64,000 nt of DNA, taken from the NCBI RefSeq assembly GCF_001194135.2, contig NC_068998.1, forward strand, positions 23,592,600 through 23,656,599, written 5' to 3'. This DNA comes from Octopus bimaculoides (lineage: Eukaryota). This document shows, one piece after another, positions 39,921 through 54,628 of the stretch. The notes beneath the pieces were generated by a model, which was not told where the DNA came from, ran no database searches, and was given only the letters and a program-made list of their open reading frames with translations. The translations under genes and the position numbers were made by a program. Position 1 is the first letter of the stretch, and every line of letters begins with the position of its first letter.

Positions 39921-40184
39921 AGATAGAGATTTTGAACTGAAAATTTGCCCGAATTGATCAGTCATCAGGTCACAGAAATTTCGTAAAAATATTTCAGATA
40001 CAACAATATAAAAATTGCACAAAACCTTACAACTCACGAACACACGTCCTTCCTCTTCGGAATCCACGAGCAGAGTCAATTGTAATAATAACGACTACAA
40101 CAGCAAAAATAATAATATTACTATTGCGGCTACTAACTGCCACCATCACTATCACCACCATATCAGCGCCAGCACCAACACCAA

Positions 40185-40195
40185 TACTACTACTT

Positions 40196-40271
<76 letters not shown>

Positions 40272-40295
40272 TGCTGCTGTTGCTGCTGCTGCTAC
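40185..40295. repeat. (TAC)n(TGC)n compound microsatellite
   Basis: Directly visible. Confidence 0.95.
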
Positions 40296-40783
40296 CAACA
40301 CCGACACACGGGCAATAATCGTCAAATCCTCATAAACAATATATTTCCCTGAGGCAAGAATTTCATTATATGTAATATGCAATGTTGAATACTTAATTAC
40401 ATCTGTACATCAATAATTTCTGTATATTTAATTCTGCAGCATAATTTTCTCATTGGGACTCCTAATTAGAGACAGTAGCTAAAACAAAGAAGGAACTCGT
40501 GTGTTTCAAATTATGATTTCATTCTAATAATATGTCCTCAGCTATACATTAACCAGTATCAGACATAATCACATTCGTGGCAGTCTTAAATTTCCTCTCT
40601 CTTTCCTCAATAGACAGTACAGAGGCATCAGCTAGTCGTTCATAGCATCACTAGAGGGAAAATCAAGTAAATATGGCGACAGACACTCTGATACATATAC
40701 ACACAAAGAAAAAAAATAGAGTTTACTTTTTCAACCTTTTTATAAAATGTATTTGCTTCCTTTTTTATTAATTGACCTATAGT

Positions 40784-40787
<4 letters not shown>

Positions 40788-40859
<72 letters not shown>

Positions 40860-40868
40860 AAGAGAGAA
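40788..40868. repeat. (GA)n microsatellite
   Basis: Directly visible. Confidence 0.95.
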
Positions 40869-41159
40869 AGAATGTATCGTTATGAAGCAGTATATGTTGA
40901 GTTCATCATCTTCAATATAATGATGCCCACATGTTTCGAAACCAAACATTCTCATGAAATATAGAAGCGTTCACAAGAAAAAAAAACAACAAAAAAACTA
41001 GTAAATTATAGGCTATACTATGGCACACAATAGAGTAAATCTAGTGTGAAAATGGTAGAGAAAGTGGACTCATGTCGTCATTAAGACACATACATCAACT
41101 GAAACATCTTAGCAACGATGTATACCGTGCGTTCTAACACTGTACATCAGAAATGTGGA

Positions 41160-41575
41160 AGGAGTGGCTGTTTGGTAAGTAGCTTGCCAACCAACCACAT
41201 GGTTCCCGGTTCATTCCCACTGTGTGGGACCTTGGGCAAGTGCGTTATACTATAACCTCGGGCCGACTAAAGCCTAGTGAGTGGATTTGGTAGACGGAAA
41301 CTGTAAGAAACCCGTCGTATATATGTATATACATGTATGTATGTGTGTGTATATGTTTGTGTGTCTGTGTTTGTCCCTCCAGCGTCGCTTGGCAACCGAT
41401 GGTGGTGTGTTTACGTCCCCGAAACGTAGCGGTTACGCAAAGGAGACCGATAGAATAAGTACTAGGCTTCCAAAGAATAAGTCCTGGAGTCGATTTGCTC
41501 GACTAAAAGGTAGTGCTCCAGCATGACAGCAGTCAAATGACTGAAACAAGTAAAAGAGTAAAAGAGTAAATAAAA
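41160..41575 (+). mobile_element. family A SINE (best-preserved copy)
   Basis: ggagtggctgtttggtaagtagcttg...ggttcattcccactg...ccttgggcaagtg...gtgctccagcatgacagcagtcaaatgactgaaacaagtaaaagag. Confidence 0.92.
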
Positions 41576-41880
41576 GATATTGATACGCTATTGGCGTTGA
41601 CAAATTTTTCAGGTGATTAAGATTTTACAAATATTTCTTCAGTAAAGTAATAATTCCTTCCGACAAGAATTCCTTCCAATTTCTGACTGAATGCGAAATT
41701 CAACGCAAACCAACTTCCTAAATGTTCCTTTCTCTACCAACAAATTTTCCAATGTACAAAATTAATTGTCACGTTCTCCGAAATACTAAGAGATGTGATC
41801 CTGCAGGTATCGTCTGGTCATATACATGTACATATACNNNNNNNNNNATATATATATATATATATATACATATAAATGTA

Positions 41881-42420
41881 ATTTCTTGTGTTTCACGCCT
41901 TACATTTTCTAACCCCTATAGAAATGAAAAGCCTCGCACCTACACACGGAAGATAGATGTATTTGAGTTCCTCTCTCTCTCTCTCTCTCTCTCCCACTTT
42001 TTGTTCATCACTAGTTCTGTCTCTCCCCTTCTTCTACTTCTTATCCTTCTACTTCCCTCTGTATATTTCCATTCTTCTTGTCACTTTCACTCTTCCCTAA
42101 TATCCTCCTTTCGTTTCCTTTGCCTCATTTAAACATTTATACACACTATAACCCCAAAATCCCTTTCACTGAAGTCATGATTATAGTCAAAAACTTAAAT
42201 TGTACCACAAATTTGCAATCAAAAATGGCTGTCTTAAATTATGCTTGATAATGCAAACCCCTTTTTTTTAATTTTTGACATCAGAAATCTATTTTTATGT
42301 TGATAATTTGTTACCAACCGAAACATCAAATTTCTATGTTTTTGTTTTCCCCCGCTTTGACATTTATATTCACAATGAAAATCTATTTGTTTATTAACAC
42401 AATACATCTGCACATTTAGT
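41881..42420 (+). repeat. ~550-bp segment duplicated at 44166-44715
   Basis: Collinear matches such as tttcacgccttacatttt.taacccct and aaatccctttcactgaagtcatg...gtcaaaaacttaaattgtaccacaaat. Confidence 0.85.
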
Positions 42421-43080
42421 ATAGTAGGGTCAATGGGGCACCGTCTGTGAGAAATATAGCACCATAACGCAATTCTCTCTGCCAGGCATTTGGAAACGAC
42501 TGGAAGCTTCAATACAAATATTTCAGAGTGGTTGGCTGTCAGTCTGAGGACACATGAACCGAGAGCGATAACTATTAAACATCCATTCAACATCACGGCA
42601 TTTGGATTGATCATTAGTGATAGCGCCGTTTTGCTTCCATCCATCTTCCCACACGGCCTCCCACTCAACACAGAGGCCTATATCAAGTGCCTGGAAGAGA
42701 TATTTCTGCCCCAGGTCAAGAGGGTGTCTGCTAGAAGACGCTTTGTCTGGCAACAGGAGTCTGCACCATGCCACAGAGGCAGGAGAAAACAGTCATGGTT
42801 ATCACACATTTTCTGCGATCACATCTAAAATCTAACATCTGACCACCTAACTTCCCAGACTGCAGCCACCGTGTGAACCGCAGTTGAGCGAGAGACCAAC
42901 AAAACTCCTAGTAACACGAACGATGATTGAGGGCAATGATTATGAAAGCATTCACCAAATTAATCAATGAAACCGTCCAGAAGTGTTGCAAGAGATTCCG
43001 AAGTCATCTATTGAATAAGTTTACTCTTTAATATTTCAAGATATTTTTATGTAATTTTGGTAACTATATCTGTGAAAATG
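42418..43080 (+). mobile_element. DD37D (maT-like) derivative
   Basis: ORF 42490-42828: KHPFNITAFG...FPHGLPLNTEAYIKCLEE...WQQESAPCH. Confidence 0.88.
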
Positions 43081-43897
43081 AGTCTGTATATAGGCACTTG
43101 TCAGGAAGCGCGCAAATGCGTACACGTACCTTGACATGGTTTGTAACTGCCCCATCAACAACTCGAAAGTCAGTCTGACTAAACATTTAATTTCACCTAT
43201 TTCCGTAGGCTTCATCAGGGAGGAATGCTCACTCAGCTAATGTCGGACAACTCCGTCTGTCAGCACCTATATATCTACCATAGGTATCTATGGATGATTT
43301 AGTGGAATGCTAAAGCGTATGCTGCATATTAATGCTAACAGCAGTACACGATGCCATACCATAAACGAAACATTCAATTGTCACTAAGTGTGACTAAGGT
43401 TGCTAAGATTGCTAGAAATGGAACTGAGAAGTTGAGTTTGATAAGACATGGCATCACGCCAGATAAAACCACGAAGAAAGATGCGCATAAACCTACACAC
43501 TGCACACTCTTAAATTATATGAGAAAATAATTTATTTTTGAGAAAGGGAAGAGGACCAACATATATTCGAAATGGCAGGGTCAATATGAAGAAAACAATA
43601 TAAAAGTGAACCTCAAGTATAGTTCATAAAGAAAATATGGTATTTCTGCAATTAATATTGAAAAAGATTCTGAAGATATGGTGAGTGTCCACATGTGTGT
43701 TTGTGTGTGTGTGTTTGTGTGTGTACGTATTGTTGTATCTCTAAACAGTGAAAGCTTTACATAGATGAATATATTGGAAGTATGAGTGCTTCTCACCTAG
43801 TTGAATATTTTATATTTCCATTGATATTCAATATTTAACCTCTACAAATGGAAACTTTCAGCATTTTACTACAATAAATATATATATCTACGCATGA

Positions 43898-44112
43898 AGA
43901 CAGCAAGCTGGCAGAAACGTTAGTACAGCGGGCGAAATGCTTATCGGCATTTCGCCTTTCTTTACGTTCCGAGTTCAAATTCCGCTGAGGAAGATTTTGC
44001 CTTTAATCCTTTCGGTGTCAATAAATTAAGATCCACTTGCGTACTGGGGTCGATCTAATCGACTGGCCCCCGAGGCCAAAAATTTCGAACCTTGTGCCTA
44101 GAGTAGAAAAGA
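43898..44112 (+). mobile_element. family B SINE
   Basis: gctggcagaaacgttag...ccgagttcaaattccg...gcctttaatcctttcggtgtc...ggggtcgatctaatcgact...ccttgtgcctagagtagaaaag. Confidence 0.9.
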
Positions 44113-44165
44113 ATATACATACGCATGAACACAACTTAGCAGGAACACTACGTTTTCCATCTAGA

Positions 44166-44262
44166 ATTTCTTTTGTTTCACGCCTTACATTTTGTAACCC
44201 CTAAAGAAATGATAAGCCTTACACCTACACATGGGGAAAAATATATGTATCTGAGCCCTTCA

Positions 44263-44316
<54 letters not shown>

Positions 44317-44715
44317 TTTCGTCCATCACTGATTCTATCTCTCCCCTCTTTCTACTTCTTATCCTACTTTCCTCCGTATATTTCCATTCTTCTCACTCTC
44401 ACTCTTCCTTAACATCCTCTCTTCGTAATCTTTGCCTCATTTAAACATTTATACAAACTATAACCCAGAAATCCCTTTCACTGAAGTCATGCTTCCAGTC
44501 AAAAACTTAAATTGTACCACAAATCTGCAATCGAAATTATGCTTCACAATAGGTTTCTTTCTCTGTTGCAATCACAAACCTTATTTTTCTGTTGATAAGG
44601 TCTTATCAAACAAAACGTCAAATTTTCTTTTTTTTTTATTTGCTCCTGCTTTGGCATTTATATTTTCAAGATACATATATTTTGCCTGTTAACACTATGC
44701 ATCTACACATTTCTA
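44166..44715 (+). repeat. second copy of the 41881-42420 segment
   Basis: See 41881-42420. Confidence 0.85.
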
Positions 44716-44929
44716 GACACTTTTTACGCATGACTAATACCGTGAATAATTTCTGAGTTTGACACCTCTATGCTTGTAGGCATATAATACTTGTCTTTCT
44801 CTGTATCAATACGTCTCTGTCTCTATCTCTCGGTTTCTCTTTATACCTGTATATTAATACATGCATGTGTTTGTGTGTGTATTCCTAGCTATTAATCTAT
44901 CTTTCAGTCAGCCCGTTTGTCTTTCTATC

Positions 44930-44933
44930 TACT

Positions 44934-44993
<60 letters not shown>

Positions 44994-45090
44994 CCTATAT
45001 CTATACCTATATATATATATCTGTCATATATATATATAAATATATGTATGTACATTTGTATGCATGTATGTATGTATGTATGTAGGTAGG
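44930..45090. repeat. (TCTA)n/(TATG)n microsatellites
   Basis: Directly visible. Confidence 0.95.
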
Positions 45091-46338
45091 TAGGGAGGTA
45101 GGATGGGAGGGAGAAAGTGAGGAAGTGAATTAGAGAGAGGGGTAGGTAGGTATGCATATGAGAAATATGCTCAAACAATCTATATTAATGCTTTTTATTA
45201 ATATATTTTACATTATTTCTGACAGATTCCATATCCTTCTTGTTCCTACATGAAAGAAATATGCATAATAGATGCATTCAGTCTTAGTCCACTGAATTTC
45301 ACATTTATTTAAATATGCTTGAATACAATGAGACTTTATTGATAAATTTACATGCCGCAACATATCAATAAGATTAATATACATATAGATAAAATTTTAT
45401 AAATAACGCAAATAGAATGAAAAATATATCAAATCTTCCTGTGTCGACGTGGTCCTCGAATTACGTGCGTATAATTATTCTTCATACACACCGACATTTG
45501 TTTTTGCTGTCTTATGTATGTGTGTATGTGTATATTTAAGTAGTTATGTATAGTTATATATATGTAGTTATGTATGTATCTGTGTATCTGAATGCAAATA
45601 TATGTATATAAATAGATACATACAATGCACACACAAATATACACTCATATACATGTATATATATATATATATNNNNNNNNNNNNNNNNNNNNNNNNNNNN
45701 NNNNNNNNNNNNNNNNNNNNNNNNNNNNNNNNNNNNNNNNNNNNNNNNNNNNNNNNNNNNNNNNNNNNNNNNNNNNNNNNNNNNNNNNNNNNNNNNNNNN
45801 NNNNNNNNNNNNNNNNNNNNNNNNNNNNNNNNNNNNNNNNNNNNNNNNNNNNNNNNNNNNNNNNNNNNNNNNNNNNNNNNNNNNNNNNNNNNNNNNNNNN
45901 NNNNNNNNNNNNNNNNNNNNNNNNNNNNNNNNNNNNNNNNNNNNNNNNNNNNNNNNNNNNNNNNNNNNNNNNNNNNNNNNNNNNNNNNNNNNNNNNNNNN
46001 NNNNNNNNNNNNNNNNNNNNNNNNNNNNNNNNNNNNNNNNNNNNNNNNNNNNNNNNNNNNNNNNNNNNNNNNNNNNNNNNNNNNNNNNNNNNNNNNNNNN
46101 NNNNNNTGTATATGTGTGTGTGTGTGTGTCCCTGTATATGTATTTGTCTGTGTGTGTGTTTATTGTATATTACAATCAGGAAATTGAGGAGAAAGAGCGG
46201 GAAGCATGTCGAAAATGATGAGATAAAAATACAATTTAAAATTTACTATTGATCGGATCTAATGTGCATCGATATATGTTATATTCTATACGATTTTTTC
46301 GTTCTTTTGTTAGCGCTGCTTCTTTGTCGTATATATGC

Positions 46339-46380
<42 letters not shown>

Positions 46381-49073
46381 TTTCTATGAAATTTTAATAA
46401 TTTTCGGGTGAAATTTAAATGGAAATCAAAGTATTAAGTTTGAAATAACGATAATAGGAACAAATACCAAATAAATAGAAAAGTGATACACAATAATAGA
46501 AATATGCACGAATATGTACAGTCACATGGATATGCGTGTATATGCATATTTGAGTGTTCGAGTGCATGAATTTATTTATATATGTGCATGTGTGTGTTCG
46601 TGTGTGTGTATATGTGTTTGTGTGTTTCCGCTTATGTATCATTAGATAGTCTGTGAACCTGAAAAATACCGCTCAAGCGCATGCGCACACAGGAACACAG
46701 GTGGGCGCACGCACAGATGGAGAGATAGATAGATAGATAGATAGATAAGTAAGTAGCTTTTTGGAGAGAGTTAAACACACGTGTCATGCATATATTTATA
46801 ATTCAAATGTGTTTCTGGACTAAGACACAAGTTGTCAGATATATCATCTTAAAAATTTATCCCTCAAATTAACGTACATCGGCTTCGATATACGTCTACC
46901 TCATGCGATATAGCACCCATTATATGCGTTATATATTTAAATATGGTGATCAGATCATCTTAGATATACTTAACTAAATGAATACATTTCTGATACCTTA
47001 TACGAACAGCATAAACATCCGTAGAGTTAAAGTATAATAAAAGCAAAGCCTTTCAGCAATTATATATGTTTATGAAATATTTTACAAATATAAGTTACAG
47101 GACTAACATTATACGGGACAATTTCAAATCATTATTAACTTCTTTTTTCAAATATTAAGGATGTTGGTGCAATCTTGGTGGAATGTTCGGCATTGTGCTA
47201 GTTGATTTGGAGCCGAAGTAGTCGCGAGGGTTCATAGATATATTCTCCGCAATCTCATCAACACTGAAAGAATCCTATCTTTGTGAAGCCTAAATTTGAA
47301 CGACAAAGATGACCTCGGTGCCATTCGATATCAAGGCGCCGAGAACCGAAACTAATAATTAACGCATTTCATCTGCTTCCTGGATTACTCAGAAAATCCG
47401 CTGGTTTGTGTCCAAATCCTCAGCTGAGTGGAGTATATCACATTTACCAACGTGCACAATTTAAATTTCATAACATTCAGTATTATCCTGGCATGTTTGA
47501 CTTTTGTGGCTCAGAGAGACGTGTCTTTATTTCTTTCGAAATTGTCTCGCAATATAGGATTTCTGCATAGTAATTAATAATGTTTTGCTTAATTGTAATA
47601 ATCAGATGTCATCCATTGTGAATACATAAGCCTAACGATAATTTAGAATTCAATGTTCTTAATAAATAAATTATAGTATTTTTAAAATGGTATATTTTGC
47701 TGACGTATAAAATTATGCGCAAATGGTAGGTAACTAGTGTAACTCCAAATAAACATGCCTACAAAATCGTAAGGGTATACATTTTCCAACCAAACAGATC
47801 AATTGTAGAATGGTATTGACTGAGTAGTCCAAGCCTGGAAGAATATTTTTTTGTTTTTGTTTTGTTTTTGTTTGCTGCATACGTTTTTAGTTCATACTCC
47901 AATTTTCCTTTAGAAATGTAATATATATATATATATATATATTCATATTTCTGTTCTTACGAAACACACTAGGTTTTTATATTAGTGAGTGCTGTTACAC
48001 TAATCTTCCATATATGGGTTATTCAAATCTTTGCAAATATGACAAAATATTGTATTAAAATGACTAGCATCAATTTAATATAAATTTGAATTTTACAAAT
48101 CGTGAAATACTTCCAGAAACCTCTGGCATGTTTTTAAGTATTTACAAAGGGCACCTCCCTAAATGTGAGTGCGAACACATATTTGAGTGAAAGAAAATAA
48201 AAGATGGATGCAAATGAAGAGGCTAATTTCCTACATCCGGTTACTCCTTAGTGCCCAAGAGAAATACTTGAGAATGTAAACCAATGCCCATGCACTCTCA
48301 GTTTATTTTAATCGATATTAATCACCAATGAGTCGATTCTCACAGGCACAAAGCAAGAAAATAAATGACATTATGTCAAAAACACATTATTTGAATAAAT
48401 GTTTATTTTCGTGCCAATAAGTCTCTGACGTGCTCTCTGAACCTGTTAGGAATGATATGTATATCATTGTCTTTCCTCATAAAACATGACGAACACATTG
48501 ATTAATGTAATGAGAAATTTTGTTCCTGAAGCGAAATATATGCTGATCATAACTAGAATGTCCTTGGTAATATATCTCTTATTTAAGAGCTTCCATTGTA
48601 CTGGGAAAATTCACAAAATTCTTATTAAATTTATGAGGAGAATCTTCGAATACATAGTTTATTGCATATAAATTTGATTCTAAATCACATGCATCTGAGC
48701 TTGTTCAACATCGGGAAGTCGATTCTAACGTAGCTCAATGTTGAACCAGGTACCTTAAAGAAGTTGCCTATATTCAGGCGAAATATAATTCGGTCGGATG
48801 GAGTGTATATCATAGGCTATCTCTTTGTTAGATGGCAACACAGCCCTGAGTGTGTCCATAGATTAACTTAAGTACTTAAATGTAAACATTTCTTTGGAAT
48901 ATGCAGCCAATTTGTTGTTTTTATTATTATTTCATTAGAATATCTTCCCATTGATTGAATTAATTTAACACTCCTTCGTGAAATCCAGACCAATATTCAT
49001 TCATGTGCATTATCTATGTATGAATAACAACATACAATGTGTGTGTCTGTGCGTTTGCATATATGTATATACA

Positions 49074-49110
<37 letters not shown>

Positions 49111-50311
49111 NNNNNNNNNNNNNNNNNNNNNNNNNNNNNNNNNNNNNNNNNNNNNNNNNNNNNNNNNNNNNNNNNNNNNNNNNNNNNNNNNNNNNNNNNN
49201 NNNNNNNNNNNNNNNNNNNNNNNNNNNNNNNNNNNNNNNNNNNNNNNNNNNNNNNNNNNNNNNNNNNNNNNNNNNNNNNNNNNNNNNNNNNNNNNNNNNN
49301 NNNNNNNNNNNNNNNNNNNNNNNNNNNNNNNNNNNNNNNNNNNNNNNNNNNNNNNNNNNNNNNNNNNNNNNNNNNNNNNNNNNNNNNNNNNNNNNNNNNN
49401 NNNNNNNNNNNNNNNNNNNNNNNNNNNNNNNNNNNNNNNNNNNNATATATTCGTATACATGTATCAATATATATGTAAGCAAATCCAATACAATGAGCAA
49501 AATCCAAATATCTATGTCTACTACTTCGCTTAAACAAATTATATATTTGCTTAAAATTATTGACAATTTATATTTAACTGTGGATGTAACAAAATAACTC
49601 TTAAGCATTTCAAATCAATAACGTGTTAACTTTTCATTGTATTGTTGTAACGGGCTGAATATGTTTGATCAGTCCTGTAAATCACATTAATGTGGACTGC
49701 TTCAGAGTTGTATGTATCCGAAGGAAGAAAATAATTGCATTTGGTGAGGAATTGAGACATGAAACTTTTCAAGGCGTAACACAGTCATAGATTTATCAGA
49801 AAATGTTATACTTCCAAATCTGGGGTGGGGTTGTTCATTTTGTTTTCATCTCATTACTTTATTTTGGTACGGATTTTTAATTAAATTTCTAAAGTTTTAC
49901 TTTTCAAATGTGTAGGTGTCTGTGTACATAAGGAAGGTTATCATTCTGCGTTCAATAATTGCATTCAAACAGTTTATAAGATTATTGTCTTTTATCAAAA
50001 AATATTGAACCAATTTTCAACGCATTCTAAACACTTTCTCATAAAATATAAATAGGAACTTAATTTTAGGACATCGACTATCAGATCGTTTTCAATCTTT
50101 CTAATTAATTCCAAGCACCAATCCCAATCACTCTTCATTTACTCAATAATTTCTTTAATTCCTACGCATTGAGATAATGGAAAAACCTACTTATAGCATC
50201 CAGGCATTATACATCTTTCTTAAATGATGAACTATTACGATTACTTATATGTAATTCATTTTCATTTGCTCATTTTTGTATTCACCTTCGCTGATTGTTA
50301 GGAATAGAAAT

Positions 50312-50534
50312 TGAAAGCGGTGAGCTGGCAGTATCGTTAACACGTCGAGAGAAATGCATAGCGGTATTTCGTCTGCCGCTACGTTCTGAGTTCAAATCCC
50401 GCCGAGGTCGACTTTGTCTTTCTTCCCTTGAAGACGATTAAATAAGTACCAGTTCCGCATTGGATTCGATGTAATCGATTTAATCCCTTCCCCCAAATTC
50501 TAGGCCTTGTACTTCCAGTAAAAATTATCACTAT
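50312..50534 (+). mobile_element. family B SINE with a probable 11-bp target-site duplication
   Basis: gcggtgagctggcag...ttctgagttcaaatcccgccgaggtcgac. ggaatagaaat occurs at 50301-50311 and 50535-50545. Confidence 0.9.
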
Positions 50535-51589
50535 GGAATAGAAATGTCTAATTTGAATTTAAATGTTCTATATTGAATACATTTCATAATCTAACACTAT
50601 AATTTTCAATATAGTCTAACGTTTTCAGTATTACTTGATGCATGCTTTACTTCGAGCCAAGAACATACAGTATAGGTTGTTGCACATCGTGAAGGACCAC
50701 GTTTACAAGAAAGAGTAGCCAAGCCACCTCCGTTCTTTACAAATATTAAAATATTAAAGACTATTTTAGATCAACCTAGTGAGATATGTTTTTTTTTAAT
50801 ACAACGGTATATTTATATATTTTGCACAGTATTGCAAGCATAGAATACTAAATAGTAACTATTTTTCAACAATAACAACGTTATTATGAGAACAAAATAG
50901 AGTGATAAAGCAAATTTCACTTTCATATTTGTGAATTTATCAGCTACTATTATATCTTTTAGTATCCATAGAAAATTTTTCATTAGCACAACTATTATAT
51001 GCTTTTAAAAATGTGTATATTATTCATGGCAGGAAGTTTGTTTAACAAATAACTGATGCTTTAGTAATGTCTTCTTTCAGATTATATCTAGATTTTAACT
51101 AACACTCTATATCATAAAGTAAACAGCTTGTCTTCATAAACGATATAATAATGACAGAAAGAAGAAAGAATGAGATTCGTTTAAATTACGTATTGGAACT
51201 ACATAAGTTACAAAGTTCCTCACTTTAACTGACCACAATATTATTGCTTTAAACAATTATTTAAAAGAGTTTAAGTAAATCAAATAAACTTATATTTAAG
51301 ACGTAGTATTTGCTATGAGTTCCACTAATGAATTAATTAAAAGGCATTTTATTTGAAGACATTTTAAAGATATTTACTGTTTTCCTGTAAAGGTGTTTGG
51401 ACAAACACTGCAGTTCTTAGTAATATTGCGTTTAAAAGCAATAAATGATTGAGAGGTGTAACAATATACTAAATGTCTGATGAAATTTCAACACGAAATT
51501 TTTCTGAAACGCTGGGTTTCACTTTTTCCGTTAAAGAAAATATTTTCAGATGCCAACTACCTACGACAATTACTGTTATATTTATTATT

Positions 51590-52018
51590 TCATCGCTTTT
51601 TTTTTTGTTTGTTTCAGTCATTAGACTGCCGCCATACTGGAGACACCACCCTGCAGAATTTCTGTCATACACATCGTCCACAGTACTACTATTTAAAGCC
51701 TGCTACTTATTATATCCGTCTCTTCGCCGAACCGCTCTCTTTCAGGCACGTAAGTATACCAACATAGGCTGTCAATTGGTGGAGTGGGAGCAAAATAAAC
51801 ACACACATACACACATACACATACAAACACACACACTCATGCATGTGTATGGATATCTTATATATATGTTATATATATACGACAGGATTCTTTCAGTTTC
51901 TGCCTACCAAATCTATTCTCAAGGATTTTGTTCTACCCTGGCTATAGTAGAAGGCACTTGCCCAAAGTGCCGTGCAGTGGCACTGAACCAGGAAACGTGT
52001 GGTTGAGAAGTAAACTTT
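51590..52018 (-). mobile_element. family A SINE
   Basis: Reverse complement of the family A head (cacttgcccaa, gaaacgtgtggttg) and tail (tttcagtcattagactgccgccatactggagacacc). Confidence 0.85.
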
Positions 52019-52149
52019 TAAAGGAAATCTTGAAATAGCATAGAGTAAAAACTTCATGTGACACACCAGATTTATATTACTCCAGAAAAATGAATATAAT
52101 ATTTTATAGAGTACAAAGCGTTCTACGTCATTCATTTAAGCTGCTCTTG

Positions 52150-52320
52150 AATGTTTACCACACCAGGCAAAATGCTTTACGGTATTTCGTCAGACTTTAC
52201 GTTTTGCGTTCAAATTCCACCGAAGTCGTCTTTGTCTTCCATCCTCTCGGAATCGATAAAACTGGGATTGATGTAGTCGACTTATATCTCCTCCAAAATT
52301 GCTGGCTTTGTGTCATTAAT
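52150..52320 (+). mobile_element. family B SINE, 5'-eroded
   Basis: ggcaaaatgctttacggtatttcgtc...gttcaaattccaccgaagtcg...catcctctcggaatcgataaa. Confidence 0.8.
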
Positions 52321-54553
52321 GGAAATCAATATTGTTCAGAGAAATTTGGACATAATTTAAATGAAAATGTGTCTGTAATTACTAGTCTGTTATAAGTTTG
52401 TTTAATCCAAAAAACGTGTTACAAATAGCAAAAGATAACTGGAAATAGTGGTATTAGTGTGTTGTGGCGTGAATACTATCCAAATAATAATATAGTGTGA
52501 AATATCTGAGGAGTTTCGATTTATGAGGACTAGTCTAATATTGGTTGGAGTTTGATTTTACAGAGATTAAGCACATATCACTACTGAAATATTTCTAGGA
52601 TGAAGATAAAACCTATTTGATTGGGGCGAAATTTATAATTGCATGTGTGAAATAAATGCGTTGTCACCATGATATATCATCAAGCACTAAGAAACGTAGC
52701 GTGTGCAATGGTTTAATGTGATTTCCACAAGCAGATATATACAACATGGCATATTATATTCAAGTTATTGTTTGATTCTGTTGAATGAAATCACAATGCT
52801 ATGTTACATTTGGAAGGTGATTTCTTTTAAATGAGAGAACGGTTTTCATGAAATAGGATGAGTATGGGAGACATCAGGTTGACAAATATTGTGGAGGACG
52901 GAAAATTTTTAATATTGGCACTTCTGTGGATATGTGATTAGAAGTACCTGAACAGAACAAAAAGTGTCATGGAAATAAATCTCTGGCATTCTGCAAATTT
53001 GTTAGAATACTGGTTAAAAGGAAATGTGACAGCGTACGCCAGATAATAAATATACTAGAAGTTGACGGACATAAAAGATAAGTACCCTCTTTGCGAGTTT
53101 CTTTTATGCGGGATATGTCAATTTTCTAGTAATTTCAAACTCATCAACATCGCGCTAAGCAACATCCTTAAATATGAGCTACAATATAACATTCAGTAAA
53201 AATCAACTTGCTTGTTAAACTTACTCGACTCCAGAGAAATCACTTTTTTTACCAACTGACAGTAAAGTGATTTTGAAACAACGGAAGGAAATCAATGCTA
53301 GCAGATGGCAAAATGTGTAATGTCGCTATATTTCTGACGATTATTGCAATGTCAATGTCAAGCGAAGGATTGCAAACTTGTCTCGAGTCTTTCAAATTGT
53401 CAAAAATATAGATTTTTACGGAAGTAGATGTGCATATATATATATATATATACTTACACACACATACATATATATGTGTGTGTGTGTGTGTATATGCATA
53501 TATACCTTTATAAATAGATGATGCATACACACGTACATATATACTATAAGTATGGCATGCATGTATCTATGTATCCATGTATATACATATGTATGCATGC
53601 ATGTGTGTGTATAAACATTGTGTTCGTGTTTAGTGCTAATTTTCAAAACAGCTGGGTAACACTATACTTTTGTAGAGAACAAGTTATTTTTTGAGAAGAA
53701 AAGTGTTGACAGTAAACTTCAAAGTTTCGCTCAGTAAATCCAAGTATATACAGAAGCATAACCATGTCGTCAAACATTTCGAAATGTTTTTGATGAAAGA
53801 AAAATGATAGAAAATAATGGGAGAAACCACTGATAAATGTCAGTAATCAAGTAAGTATGTACGTCGACGGAACTAAATCACTTGAACAATCAAATACTTG
53901 TAATCTATATGAAACATCCGATTTTCCATGCACAAACGGGCCACACAGATTTTCTTTAACCGGATGCTGTTCACGTCACTAACCGTCATCTTTTTCACAT
54001 TGCCCGGGCACAATTTCAAGGAACATTGGGAAAAAAGGAACATCTCTTGCTTTAAGATTCGAGTACACCTACTGCACAATACCGAGACAGGTCATGTAAA
54101 ACAAATTAACTTACACCCACATGCACATACACACACAACACATACACACACAACACATACACGCGCATATACACATAAAATTGAATGATCATTTTCTGGT
54201 AATATGATGAGTTAGCTTTATTTATTTGCATTGATTTGTAAAAATACGAGTGTGTTTTATAATGCAGAGAACACTCATATTAATGCAGAAATGTAAACAT
54301 AATTTCTTCCCCTCCGAAATAAATTCAAAATGAAGTTTGCAAAATGACTATAAAATCCAGGAAGTGATTACGTAAATATATGTTCATCCCGTATACCTTA
54401 CTGTTTACATATTCCTAAATATACACATATTCACACGCACACACATATGCATGCATGTATATTGAAATGTATATGTATATACACATTTGTAGGTCTATAC
54501 ATATATATATATATAAACGTATATATATGTATATATATATATATATACGTATG

Positions 54554-54627
<74 letters not shown>

Positions 54628-54628
<1 letters not shown>

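Noticed and set aside
53298-53415. Small ORF MLADGKMCNVAIFLTIIAMSMSSEG... resembling a signal peptide
   Set aside because: Under 40 codons, with no convincing donor site or mature-peptide features.
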